NCBI RefSeq assembly: GCF_009914755.1
Contig: NC_060940.1
Direction: 5' to 3' (one strand)
From: the human T2T-CHM13v2.0 reference genome, Homo sapiens
Length of the DNA: 64,000 nt
Both the position numbers and the translations under genes were made by a program. Every line of letters starts with the position of its first letter. Within the stretch, counting starts at the first letter, position 1. Positions 31,701 through 45,001 of this stretch are shown in pieces. The notes under the pieces are model-generated. The model was not told the DNA's origin. It searched no databases and was given only the letters and a program-made list of their open reading frames with translations.

Positions 31701-32120
31701 TTGTGAAAGTTAGCTGTGGGTTTGTAATATGTGGCCTTCATTATTTTGATGTATGCTCCTTCAATACCCAGTTTTTTGAGGGTTTTTATCATAAAGTGAT
31801 TTTTTTTTTTTTTTTTGAGGAGTCTTGCTCTGTCGCCCAGGCTGGAGTGCAGTGGCGCAATCTTGGCTCACTGCAACCTCTGCCTCCTGGGTTCAAGCAA
31901 TTCTCTGCCTCTCAGCCTCCCAAGTAGCTGGGATTACAGGCTGCCGCCACCATGACCAGCTATTTTTCATATTTTTAGTAGAGATGAGGTTTCACCATCT
32001 TGGTCAGGTTGGTCTTGAACTCCTGACGTTGTGATCCACCCACCTCGGCCTCCCAAAGTGACGGGATTACAGGCATGAGCCACTGTACCCGGCCCATAAA
32101 GTGATGTTTTACATTATCAG
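31701..32120 (-). mobile_element. Inverted L1 ORF2 (RT-region) fragment split by an Alu
   Basis: gttagctgtgggtttgt..tggccttcattattttga..ccttcaatacccagttt..atcataaagtgatgtt. Confidence 0.8.
31801..32094 (-). mobile_element. AluS (Sg-like)
   Basis: full dimer; perfect 11-bp TSD cataaagtgat (31790-31800, 32095-32105). Confidence 0.97.
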
Positions 32121-32214
32121 TCCTGAGGTGTGCTCTTTCTCTGGGTCACTACTCTGCCTGGGGTTGCATCCTCACCACCTACACTCTGTGCTCTCTGACT
32201 GTACCACACTTTCC

Positions 32215-32332
32215 ATGCATCTGCACAATCTTTAAGAGAAGACACTCGCTGAGTTTTATTCACCAGAATATCCTAAACCATAGCACAGTGCTTGGGATCC
32301 AATAAACATTCCATAAATATTTTGCTTATGGG
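32215..32332 (+). mobile_element. L2 3' end
   Basis: ttcacc..atatcc..catagcacagtgcttgg..ataaatatt. Confidence 0.6.
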
Positions 32333-33129
32333 ATAAAAACATTTAATGTTTTTAATGAAAATATATATATATTAGAGAATGTGTGGCATTTAATAGTGTT
32401 TGAGTTGATCGTGGTATTGTGTACCAGCAGATACGGATCAGGTTAATTTATTTTAACCACCTAAATAAGTCTCAAATATCAAAACATAAGTCATTTGCTC
32501 ATACATGACCTTTCTCAATGAATTATTAATATTTCAGTAATTGAGCTTTATTAGTGTACATGTCAAATCAACTCTTTGAGAAATGTCAGGCATCTCAAAT
32601 AAACAGGCATCCTCCCAATGGAGTGACAATGTCGGAAAAGGAGTCAAGTGAATAGACAGGTATGTCCTAAGGAAGAAAATATAAATTAACAATGACTTTA
32701 TCAAGATTCCACAAGGCAAACATTTAATAATCACCTTCAGCCATTTCTCTCTATACAGCAACACTATCTCTTCTTGGTATCTATTTAATTAAATAGTCTT
32801 TACACAAAATCAATAATTAGTCACTCTGAAGACAGTTGAGGGATTTTAAGGTCAGCACAAGTCATAAATAGTCAGCTTTACCAAGTCAAACCAAATCACT
32901 GAAAAAATTACAAAGAAAATTCAGACTTGGAAAGGGTGGCTCTATGTAACTAAAAGGAGTTTCTAGTATTATTGGTCATTCAAAGGGTAATTTTGTCAGT
33001 ACAAAATCTACTTCCTTAGTAAATAATACAGTGAAGACAAACAAACTACTTAATAACATGCAAACATTGCTTTAAGGGTAATACCTTGACTTCTTTGCTT
33101 CTTGAAAAGTTTGTGGTCATAAAACTAGC

Positions 33130-33420
33130 AATTATTTATTCCATACCTATACCTATTTTATACCAAGTATTGTGCTAGGTACTTTCATATATAACTTCTA
33201 GTATAACTGCAATTAACATTAGATATTATAATCCATCATCTTGTCAGAGTCTAGAATGTTAACTATTACACAATGGAACTCCATACAATCTGGCATTTTG
33301 GTAAAGAGTAATCTGATGCCGATAAGAGAGATAACTTTGCCCGCATTAGAGACATACTAAATGGCAGAACTGGAATTCAAATATAAGGCTATTTGACGCA
33401 AAAGCCAAAGTTTTTCCTCT
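33130..33420 (-). mobile_element. MIR fragments
   Basis: tgtgctaggtacttt..aactttgccc..aaatggcagaactggaattcaaa. Confidence 0.6.
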
Positions 33421-33634
33421 AGTAAATTAGATCAAATGAATATATAAATAAATAAGATAATAATGAATGAGTTATGAGTTTTGCACTACTTCATAACATG
33501 GCAATATAATCACTTAATTTCAGTAGCCCTTTAAAATATTATTACAGAAATTGCAAACACTACATATTTTAATGATCCCCCAGATAACCCCTTTATCTAG
33601 TATCAACAATTGTCAACTCATGGATTATTCTTCC

Positions 33635-33921
33635 TTTTTTTTTTTTTTTTTTTTTTGAGACAGAGTCTCACTCTGTCACCCAGGCTGGAGTACAGTGGTG
33701 CGATCTCCGCTCACTGCAAGCTCTGCCTCCCGGGTTCATGGGACTCCCGAGTAGCTGGGACTACAGGCACCTGTCACCACGCCCGGCTAATTTTTTGTAT
33801 TTTTAGTAGAGATGGGTTTTCACCGTGTTAGCTAGGATGGTCTCCATCTCCTGAGCTTGTGATCCGCCCGCCTCGGCCTCCCAAAGTGCTGGAATTACAG
33901 GCGTGAGCCACCACACCGGCC
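33635..33921 (-). mobile_element. AluY with small internal deletion
   Basis: AluY diagnostics (cactgcaagct, accgtgttag..aggatggtctc); ccattctcctgcctcagc replaced by gga at ~33741. Confidence 0.95.
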
Positions 33922-34278
33922 TATTATTTCATATATATAGATATATATATACACTCTATTTCTCCCATCTCTGGATTATTTTGAGGCAAATTTCAGACAT
34001 ATTATTTTATCCTTAAGTGTTTCAGCGTCATCTCTGAAACATAGGGTTTATATATCTTTAAACATTCAGAAAATCATTATCACATATTAAATAATAATTT
34101 GTTAACATTATCAACTATCTAGCCAGCATCCAAAGTACCCAGTTACTCCATTAATATTGTTATCTCTTACAGTGTGGTTTTATGCGTCAGAATTCATAAA
34201 ACAGTCATAGATCATGTTCTAGTGATGTCTCAAAAACCTTATTAGTCTATAGATTGTCTCTGTCCCTCACTCTCTGCC

Positions 34279-34994
34279 TGTATTAGTCCATTTTCATGCT
34301 GCTATGAAGAGATACCCAAGACTGAGTAATTTATAAGGAAAAGAGGTTTAATTGACTCATACTTTCGCATGGCTGGGAAAGCCTCAGGAAACGTACAATC
34401 GTGGCAGAAGGTCAAGGGGAAGAAATGTACCTTCTTCTCAGGGCAATAGGAAGGAAAAATGCTGAGCAAAGGGGGAAATGCCACTTATAAAACCATCAGA
34501 TCTCATGAGAACTCACTATCACGAGAACATCATGGGGGTAACCGCCTCCATGTTTCAATTATCTCCCGCCAGGTCTCTCCCATGACATTATCATGGCATA
34601 GTGGTGGGGATTATGGGAACTACAATTCAAGATGAGATTCGTGCGGGGACACAGCCAAATCATATTATTCCATTCCTGGTCCCTCCCAAATCTCATGTCC
34701 TCACATTTCAAAACACAATCATGCCTTTCCAACAGTCCCCACAGTCTTTGCTCATTCCGGCATTAACCCAAAAGTTCAAGTCCAAAGTCCCATCTGAGGC
34801 AAGGCAAGTCTTTTCCACCTATGAGCCTGTAAAATTGAAAGCAAGTTAGTTACTTCCCAGATACAGAGGTATAGGCATTGGGTAAATAAACCTGTTCCAA
34901 ATGGGAAAAATTGGCCAAAACAAAGGGGCTACAGGCCGAATGCAAATCTGAAATCCAATAGGGGAGTCATTAAACCTTAAAGTTACAAAATGAT
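34279..34994 (-). mobile_element. THE1D-type 3' LTR (34279-34667) plus adjacent internal sequence (34668-34994)
   Basis: complete LTR, purine-tract junction (ttccattcctggtccctcccaaat on +), ~330 bp of THE1-int, then truncated. Confidence 0.93.
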
Positions 34995-35157
34995 ACCTCC
35001 TCTCTCTTTTTTTCTCTTCTTATAATTTATTTGCTGAAGAACCAGATCATTTGCCCTGCAGTTTCCCTCAGTTCACATTTTGCTCATTACACCCACAGTG
35101 TATTATTTAACATGACCATTTGTATCCTGTATTTTCTGCAAACTGATAGGTCTGAGT

Positions 35158-35382
35158 CAGGGTTTCTCAATCTCAGTACTGTTGACATTTTAAAAAGTTA
35201 AGTTATTCTGATAACTCTTGGTTGTGGGGGGCCTTCTTGTGCTGTGTAAGATGTTTAGAAGCATCCCTGGCCTCTACCCACTAGATGACATTAGTACCTC
35301 CCCATTTGTGACAATGAAAAAATGTCTCCAGATATTGCCAAATGTCTCCTGGAGACAAAATTGCACCTGGTTGAGAACACTG
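35158..35382 (+). mobile_element. MER20 (hAT-Charlie)
   Basis: TIRs cagggtttctcaa / ttgagaacactg; gcatccctggcctctacccactagatg. Confidence 0.95.
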
Positions 35383-35432
35383 ATCTAGGCCAAAGCTTTT
35401 ATTGTTTTGTCGTTCTGTTTTATTTACTATTA

Positions 35433-35490
35433 TTAGGTTGGTGCAAAATTAATTAATGGCAAAAACTACAATTAATTATGCACCAACCCA
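35433..35490. mobile_element. MADE1 MITE (Hsmar1-derived), internally deleted
   Basis: TA-ttaggttggtgcaaaa...tgcaccaaccca-TA, 58 bp. Confidence 0.92.
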
Positions 35491-37184
35491 TATTATTTCT
35501 AGACTAATTCCTAGGAGATGTTGTCTTCTTTTGTCAGTTCTCTCTTTTATTGATGGTGGCAGCCTTCAATGAACATTTTCCATATCTATAAAATCATTGC
35601 AGGTTGCAGAATGGTGACTTTCTACTTCTACCAATTCTTTTGTATTTGTTTGTTTTCTTTTTAAATTTGTTTCTGACTGAGATATTTCTATTAAGCGAAA
35701 GTTTTTCTTATTATTTGGTTAGTCTGAGATAAAGTTGGTATAATAAAGGCAGAATAATGCTTGATGTTTTTTCCATTTACCAGTTTACAAAAGCGTAAGT
35801 CCTAGCCTTCTCCAAGGATACCTAAAACTGATAATTTTTGTTTTGTCTACATAATGGTGAATTTTTGATAAAATCATATTACATAAAGTTAAATCCATTG
35901 TAATTAGTATTCCTGTAGATGATCTACTTATCTTTGGCAAATATGACCTCTTCAGTTTGACTACTGAATTCTTTAGTTTTGATATGACTATGCTAGTCTT
36001 TGAGTACTTCCTTAATATTTTGTATAAATAAATGTTTTAGGTCAATCCTTTATATTTCCTGCATAGGCCTAGAATCAGGCATTTCTCCAAAAGGCTCTTG
36101 TTCCTTTTATTAAAATCTGTTACTACTTAACTGGTAATAATTATATTTGATTTCCTTAAATTACTACGGAAAATTATTTATACTGCTTAGATGGTATTAA
36201 GGGAAAAAATATTTATTTTTGCAAGTCTTATTATAGCAGTACCTATGGACTGTAAAGATATTGAAGACACAATCCTTGTACCAGCAGCAGCTAGTAGAGA
36301 ATAGCTGGTGTCTCAGAAATGGTTGCTATGCAAAGGAATAAATGGTTTCTAGTGGAGTAATATTAGCGACATTAACATCTGTGCTGAGATATCAAATGGA
36401 CATATTTTCAGTAACTTTGTCTTCACCAACATTCAAACTTGGTTGCAAAGAAAGCTATCATTTTGAAAAAAACATAGATCTTTATTAAACGAACTCAAAA
36501 TACATTAAGCAGGGTAGCAATGATTTTAAGTTAAAAATAAAGCTATCTGTCCACATTAAAAAAGAATAAGAGTCAAAGAAAATCACATTAATTTTCACTA
36601 CCTGTAGAACAAATCAGCAAATGTTGTGACCATCTGTGAAAGACACCAGGGCCACATAAGACATGGAATTATTTAATGTGTTAAATCCATTTAAAATGTT
36701 TGTATCCTGTTAGTTCTAACATAATTACTACGTTAATTTCTGTGTGTTTTGCATATTAAACGGAACGCACTCTGGGAAGCTAATGGCTGCTATGTCAGCT
36801 TTTTTATTAAATCACAAAATAAACATGCACAATGCTGCTTCTGAAGATAATTAGTTTACTATTTCTGCCAAAGTTTAAATATTGGGTATGCTTTGAAGAT
36901 TTGACTTCCATTTGAGGTGGCAGTGGGCATGTGGTAGCTTCTAGATTCTTCAGATTATCCTCAAGGCAAGAGCATTTTTAGAGGAGAGAGAATTAAAAAG
37001 TTTTGTTTTCATTCTTTACCCTTAATTTTTAGCATTGCAGTTATAAAAATAACCAACATAAGTCTATAGCGTAGTTCTACATAGAACTATACTAGATAAT
37101 GGGGGATGGAGCTGACGAGTGTAAGTGTTTCTTGGTGCAAAGCATTTTAATCAAGTGTGAAATATCAGATGCAAAATAGTCTAG

Positions 37185-37584
<400 letters not shown>

Positions 37585-37909
37585 TGACAAAGATGAAAGT
37601 GAATCAAACTGAGCCAACATCAAAAATAAAAGCAAGACCAAATAAGCCTATGAACAGTTGCAGGCTGTTTCCAGTGAGCTTCACTCACATTCTTCTCCAT
37701 AGGGCCTTACCACAAGCCTGATCCACACACCACTGCCACATGCTTGCCATGGTAGGCATTTAAGGTCAAGATCACTGCTTCAGAGAATACAAAGTATGCA
37801 GCCTGTGTTTCCTCATCTAGTTCTCACACCTTTTCTGAGCAATAACCTGGGAAGATACTTTTGTGTGGTGGGCAATTGCTATTGTGGGGCCTCTGATAGA
37901 CTTCCTTTA

Positions 37910-38090
37910 AGCTCAGCTCCATTGACTATATTTGATATAATCTCAGGCATGTCCCTTTAGTCCTCTGAGTCCAGTTTCCATTCTTATAAAGTAGAAGCAA
38001 CACTAAAGTTGTCATATATCTTTTGCAACATCAAGTGAGATAACTATGCAAAGAACAAAGTCCTGCTCCTGGCATATGACACATGCTTTA
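37910..38090 (+). mobile_element. MIR
   Basis: cctctgagtccagtttcc..aagtgagataa..tgcaaag..cctggcata. Confidence 0.65.
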
Positions 38091-38610
38091 TATGTATGCA
38101 ATTTACATATACTTAAGTTATGATTAATATTTGTTTATTTATCAGTAGTGGCTTTTTAGGGGGATAGAAATGCCCAGTTTTATTTCTTTAATTCCAAAGA
38201 CAGACCATGGACGATCTTGGCTTCTAATGCTAAAGAAAGAATGTTAATAATATTAAGTTATAGTAATGTTAAGATATTTTATCGAATTTTAATGAGTTTC
38301 TAAATACAAAAATTAACATACTAATTTTATCTTACTAAATATCTATTCCTATTATTTAAATAATATAAAGTAATTGTTTTATTTGCCATCTGACACTATA
38401 AACTTACTTTTCGAACATATTTTACATATTTTTTTCTCATTTAGTCTTTCCTCATTTCATCTGAGTAATGAAATGGGGACCGGTATTGATGTATGTAATG
38501 ATCTATACCAGGAAATCCACAGTGGTTAATGGAACTGACCAAAGCTAGTGTGTGACAAAGTCAGGAGCAAATCCCAAGTGTTATTGCAGCTAGCTCAAGA
38601 CTGGCTTCAT

Positions 38611-38933
<323 letters not shown>

Positions 38934-39444
38934 TCACCATTCAGATGATAACTTTCCTAAGGAGAGTTGAGTATTAAGTATATTTCTCCCTTCTGATTGG
39001 AACTTTCTCCTTTTTGATTTCTTCTTATTTTTTTTGGTTGCGTTCACGAGAAAATTCCAAAATTCAGCAGGTGAAAGGAAAACTTTCAGATTGATTTGCA
39101 TCTCTAGTAACTGTAATGAGGTTAGCATTTTTAAGATTTTACACAAAATTTGTACATAAAATCATCCTAAAGCCTTTGCATTCATAAAAAATGCTTATTA
39201 TTTTTGTTGACTCAAGATCATTCTTATTTTCATCAATGATTACCCTCAGCTATAATAAAGTGAAACCCAAAGGCAGCATTCCCTAAAGTGCATTCTGATG
39301 ATGCATAATTAAGCCTTCCTGGACAACTGCATGCAAAATTAACCACCCTTTTTTCAGTGCTTTGAGTATTTGGTCGTCTTCCATAGCAGTTTTCATAACA
39401 TCATTTTTATCCAGGTTTTCTACTGACATTATGTAGAGGCGTTA

Positions 39445-39620
39445 ATTTGTTTTGTGACTTTTGGCCAAGTCAGCCAGTGTCCTTAATATTCAGTCTCCTG
39501 ATCTGTAAAATGGAGGACAACAATACCTTCTTTATTGTGTCTTTTGAAAGGATTTAGATGATTAATTTTGCAAAATATCTGGCACAAGGCTTACCATTTA
39601 GTAAATCCTCAACACATGTG
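39445..39620 (+). mobile_element. MIR
   Basis: tgtgacttttggccaagtca..tcagtctcctgatctgtaaaatggagg. Confidence 0.75.
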
Positions 39621-40171
39621 GATATCCTTCAGTTCTGTATCACAGATGATTTTTTAATGCTGTATTAAAAAATTAAATAAGTAAATCGATTCTGTTTATT
39701 GTTCAGTAAAGATTATTCTAACCACTACTTTCTGGAATATATCAGCACAGTAGCAAATAATATTATAAGGTGTATATATTTTTATGTACCTTTGTCCAAT
39801 AGCTTTAGAGAATTTAGGTTTACTTTGCCCCTTCTTTCTATTTTACCAAATTACATTTTCTCCAGAGCTGTTCTCAGCTATGCTACCTCAAGTAGTCATG
39901 GTGGTATTCTTCCCAAGAAGTACAGGGTTAAAACTATAGGTCAGTCTTAGCTGACCCTCTTAGGAGCTCACACATTTACCCATGCCCTATTACTCTTGAA
40001 CCAAACATTAGGGCTAAATTATGTTTGACCTCCAGAAACTTTATTTCCCAACAGGGTTTTAAATCTTTCACATAAATAAAGACCTGGCAAACCTCTCCCT
40101 GTTTTCTGTCCCTAGCCTGGACAGAAGAGTATTTTGAGTAAATGCAGTTTAAGACTAAGTTGGGAATGTTC

Positions 40172-41110
40172 TTTTTGTTTTAAATTCTTAACTTTTAATT
40201 TTTGTGGGTACATAGTAGGTGTATATATTTATGAGGTACATGAGATATTTTGATACAGGCATACAATGAATAATAATCACATCAGGGTAAATGGGGTATC
40301 CATCACCTTAAGCATTTACCATTTATCACTTGTCTTACAGGTATTTTAATTACATTATTTTAGTTATTTTTAAATGTACAATACATTATTTTTACCTGTA
40401 ATCATCCTGTTGTGCTATCAAACACCAGATTACATTAATTCTATCTAACTATATTTTGTACCCATTAACCATCCCAACTCCCTCCCCCAACCCCTCACTA
40501 TCCTTCTCAACCTCTATTAACCATCTTTCTACTTTCTATCTCCATGAGTTTTAACTTTTAGCTCCCACAAACGTGTGAGAACATTTGAAGTTTGACTTCA
40601 AATGCTTGACCTACTTCACTTAACAAAATGTTCTCCAGTTCCACCCATGCTGTTGCGAAAAACAGAATCTCATTCGTTTTATGACTGAGTGGTACTCCAT
40701 TATGTATAAGTACCACTTTTGCTTTATCCCATAATCTACTGATGGACACTTAGGTTGGTTCCAAATGTTGGCTATTGTGAATAGTGCCACAGTAAACATG
40801 GGAGTACAGATATCTCTTTGATATACTGATTTCTTTTTTTGGGAGGGGATATATACTTAGCAGTGGGATTGCTGAATCATATGGTAACTCTATTTTTACT
40901 TTTTCAAAGAACTTCCATGCTGTTCTCTATAGTGACTGCACTAACTTACATTCCCACCAACAGTGTACGAGGTTTCCTTTTTCTCCACATTCTCACCAGA
41001 ATTCGTCATTTCCTGTCATTTGAATGAAAGCTATTTTAATTAACTGGGGTGAGATGATATCATGTTGTAATTTTAATTGGTATTTCTCTAATGATCAATG
41101 ATGTTGAGCA
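40172..41110 (-). mobile_element. 5'-truncated L1MA (L1MA2/3-like) 3' end
   Basis: tttttgtgggtacatagtaggtgtatatatttatg..gtacatgagatattttgatacaggcat; degenerate TSD tgggaatgtt (40161) / tgggagtatt (41111). Confidence 0.93.
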
Positions 41111-41189
41111 TGGGAGTATTTTCTTAGGGTCTCCACTTTATTTACAGCTGGTGCTCAATATTCATAAAGTGACATGCTCATGGAACTTG

Positions 41190-41303
41190 TAGGGTGACCC
41201 ATTGTCCAGGTTTACCTGGGACTGAGAGCACTCCTGGGATATGGAACTTCCAATGCTAAAACTAGAAAAGTCTAGGGCAAATAAAAAACATTTTGTCATC
41301 CTA
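41190..41303. mobile_element. MER81 (hAT-Blackjack)
   Basis: 114 bp; TIRs tagggtgac / gtcatccta; tgctaaaac core. Confidence 0.85.
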
Positions 41304-41503
41304 TGTTGGAAAAGACCATGAAGTAAATAGTTTCCATGCATAACACACCATCCATTTGTTGAATTATGCTTTTTATCTCTTGTACTCTGTCACATCTTTT
41401 CCAGGATGTAAACTCATTGAGGAGAGAGCCTTGGCTTTAGTCCCTGTTATAAGCCATGTTAGTTACATGGTAGGTTCTCAAAAGGTTTTTGAAGGAAGAA
41501 AAT

Positions 41504-41580
41504 AAGGGAGGGATGGAGGGAGGGATGGAGGGAGGGAGGGAGGGGGGAATGGAGGGGGGGATGGAGGGAGGAATGGAGAG
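41504..41580 (+). repeat. (GGAG/GGAT)n purine-rich repeat at an L2 tail
   Basis: read directly; preceded by an L2 3' end (~41380-41500). Confidence 0.9.
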
Positions 41581-42653
41581 TTGGTGAGGTAAATCAGTAA
41601 AAAGAACAACAGAAGAAAGAAGAAAGAAAAGGAGCATTGAGTATATGCTTATTTGTCTCTTTCAACGTCTTTGGCACCATTAATGGAAACTGATACATAC
41701 AAGGGGAATATTCCAGAAACTTAAGATTTTTCCTAGGCTGTAGACAATGAGTGACCCCTTGAACCCTAAAACATGGGTAAGCAAGAGTTGCTTGCAAACC
41801 ACTGATACCATGACTGCAAGTACTGAACAATGTTAAAAATTTCAAAAAGGCGTACTTCCTTGTTTCAAACTGTCATAGGCGATAAAAATCAGATTCATCT
41901 ATATCTGCTGTCTTACAAGTCTAAGAATTCAGACTGATATACAATCATTGCTAATACTTTCCATTCAACCACACACTGCTTAACTCTGTCATGTTATTTT
42001 CTCCTGACTGAAATATTAAATCCTGTATTACATATACTTCTGCCTGTTTTCCCTAGATCCATGAAAGTACTTTAGATTATTCCGCCTAATTCTAAAAGGG
42101 ACTGACTCTGTGGGGTCTAATTGAAAATGAGATGATGGTTCCAATTCCTTGGCATGACATCCATGACCCTTCAATGTTGGAAGTGAAATGATTTCTCAAT
42201 CTTGTTTTTTGTCACTCCCCTTCGCAGATGGGTCAACATTCAATCCCATGGAATTCTGTCTGATTGGGTCTTGAGGTTTGGATTTAGGCCTGTTTATGAT
42301 CAGGTCTTTCCATACATGACCTACCATAATTTGCTTTGGCAAAGGCTGTGACATCTGCGTTACCACTTTTGACACATCCACCCCTAAAAACTTTGCATGC
42401 ATGTGTTCTGAAAAGCCACTGGTCAAAAGTGATCATCCTTTTACCAATTTCACTGTAGAATTTAATATCTTAAATTAGAATTATTTATTTAATTGTTTTA
42501 CTTACCATGATCTCTATGAGAGGGTTGAGACTTTCATCTGCATCTCTCAATTCTTAGTATCTAGCACAATGCCTGGTCCAGAAATACAACTATGGATATA
42601 CTAAATAAACATCAACAAACAATGCTACATAAGGCTTTATAAAAGTATTAAGC

Positions 42654-42920
<267 letters not shown>

Positions 42921-43175
42921 GTATTAAGCAAACTCAGACATTATTAATTGTAAGGCATAAAAAATATTGAAAAAACTTTAGTGGCTTTTTCTGTTCTTAT
43001 TCATCCTCTTATTTTCAGTTTTTTAAAAATAATTATTAATTTAATCAATTCTTCAAAGTTTCAAAAAGTTTAGTATTTATTTTAAAAGCAATTTCAGTGT
43101 ACCTAGTTGTGTACTTTTTCTAATGAATTTATGTTTTATTGAAGTCCCTTTGAAAAAATTTAAAATCTAGATGCA

Positions 43176-43474
43176 GGCCAGGTGCAACAGCTCACACTTG
43201 TAATCCCAGCACTTTTGGACGCCAAAGTGGGTGGATCATTTGAGCCCAGGAGTTTGAGACAAGCCTGAGCAATATGGTGAAACCCTGACTGTACCAAAAA
43301 TATCCAAATTATCTGGGCATGGTGGTACGTGCCTATAGTCCCAGCTACTCAGGAGGCTGAGGTGGGAGGATCACCTGAGCCCACAGAGGTCAAGGCTGCA
43401 GTGAGCAGTGATTGCACCACTGCACTCCAGCCTGGGTGACAGTGGGAGACCCTGTCTCAAAAAAAAAAAAAAAA
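43176..43474 (+). mobile_element. AluJ
   Basis: tttgagcccaggag, gaggtcaaggctgcagtgagc, gagaccctgtctc diagnostics. Confidence 0.95.
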
Positions 43475-43819
43475 TAGATCTATACAAGTAGGAAGAAATT
43501 TGCACCGTACCTATAGCTACTTCTGGGATATTCATTGCATAAGGTAGGGTTTTCAATGTGTTTTTATTGAGCCTCCCCTGTGAAACAGGCTGTCACATGG
43601 AATAGTCATGGTAAATGTTTTACACTCTCCTTTCAAAGTGGACTAGTTGCAAATTTATGGCAGTACTATAACAATTTTGGACATCAGCCTCAGTTTGCTG
43701 CACATTTAGACAGGCAAAGTTTTAAATGAAATGTAGTGGTATGATTCTACAGAAGTGATATTAATGTAAAAAAGATCTGTTTTTACACAAGTATTCTGAA
43801 CTCCTTATATCTTCTTAAG

Positions 43820-43985
43820 ATTCAAAAGCGGCTCTGACACATATTGTCAGTGTGACCTTGGGCAAGCCAGTAGAACTCTGTAAGCCACAGTTTGCTCTTC
43901 TGTAAACTCCTACAAATAATACCGTCAGTGCAAGTTTTCCTGAAGATAAACAAAATATAATATACATGTTTGCAGAGTGCCTGTT
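43820..43985 (+). mobile_element. MIR
   Basis: gtgtgaccttgggcaag..aactct..cagttt..tctgtaaa. Confidence 0.8.
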
Positions 43986-44348
43986 TCAAGAAACTGTAAT
44001 TTACTTCTTTCATCCTTTTGTTCCTGGAATTTTAAACCCCTGCATTTCCCATAAAAGCTGTCTCTCACATTTTCCCAGCCTGGAACTTGCCGTCTCTCAT
44101 CCAGTCTTCAGAAAGTCAACCTCTGGGTAATTTCCCTAGTATCTTGACTGAGATGTGTTCTTGCTCTCCAGTATTTGCCTCTGTCTTCCCAGGCTCATTT
44201 TTAAGCTCACTAGAGATGATGTATATGAAACATTTCTGATAATAGTCTATTTCCTTCTTTTTCCAATATTATACAATCTAATCTTTATTATTTCAGAATA
44301 TGCGGTTATTGTAGAAGAGGCAATATGCACTGTTGTTTCAAACATTTC

Positions 44349-44663
44349 TTTTTTTTTTTTTTGTGAGACAGAGTCTCGCTCTGTCACCCAGGCTGGAGGG
44401 CTGGAGTGCAGTGGTGTGAGTGCGATCTTGGCTCACTGCAATCTCTGCCTCCTGGGTTCAAACGTTTCTCTTGCCTGAGCCTCCCGAGTAGCTGGGATTA
44501 CAGGAGCCCACCACCACGACTGGCTAATTTTTTTTGTATTTTTAGTAGAGAGAGGGTTTTTCCATGTTGGCCAGGCTGGTCTCAAATTCCTGACCTCAAG
44601 TGATCCGCCCGCCTTGGCCTCCCAAAGTGATTGGATTACAGGAGTGAGACACAGCGCCTGGCC
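44349..44663 (-). mobile_element. AluSz/Sx-like
   Basis: full dimer; TSD aaacattt. Confidence 0.96.
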
Positions 44664-45001
44664 AAACATTTATTTCTTATATCAGTATCTAGCTTGTATG
44701 CCCCTGCAATAGCTAAATCTCATTGTCAACCAATAGGACTTGCCCTATGCTGACTCCACACTATGTTTTGGGCATTTTAATTTTGGAGATTAGCTATTGA
44801 CTATTGTGACAGTTGTGAATAGGAAAATAAAGAACACACACACACATAAACACAATTTCTCTCTGTTGGCATTTAAATATGGCCTGACCAATGGAATGTA
44901 AGAAAACATCAATGCATTAAACGCAGCCACCAATAGTTGTTAAAATCTACACCCTTACATTTGTATTTGTGGAATCACAATATCTTTTTAAAAAATAGAT
45001 C

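Larger units (their letters stand above)
33525..36120 (-). mobile_element. L1MC4/5-type 3' region hosting AluY, THE1D, MER20 and MADE1
   Basis: ggattattttgaggcaaatttcagacat, gctgaagaaccagatcatttg, ctagaatcaggcatttctccaa motifs are collinear across the insertions. Confidence 0.75.

Noticed and set aside
32538-32665. Plus-strand CAG|GTATGT donor with an upstream tttcag
   Set aside because: Weak pyrimidine tract; chance-level.
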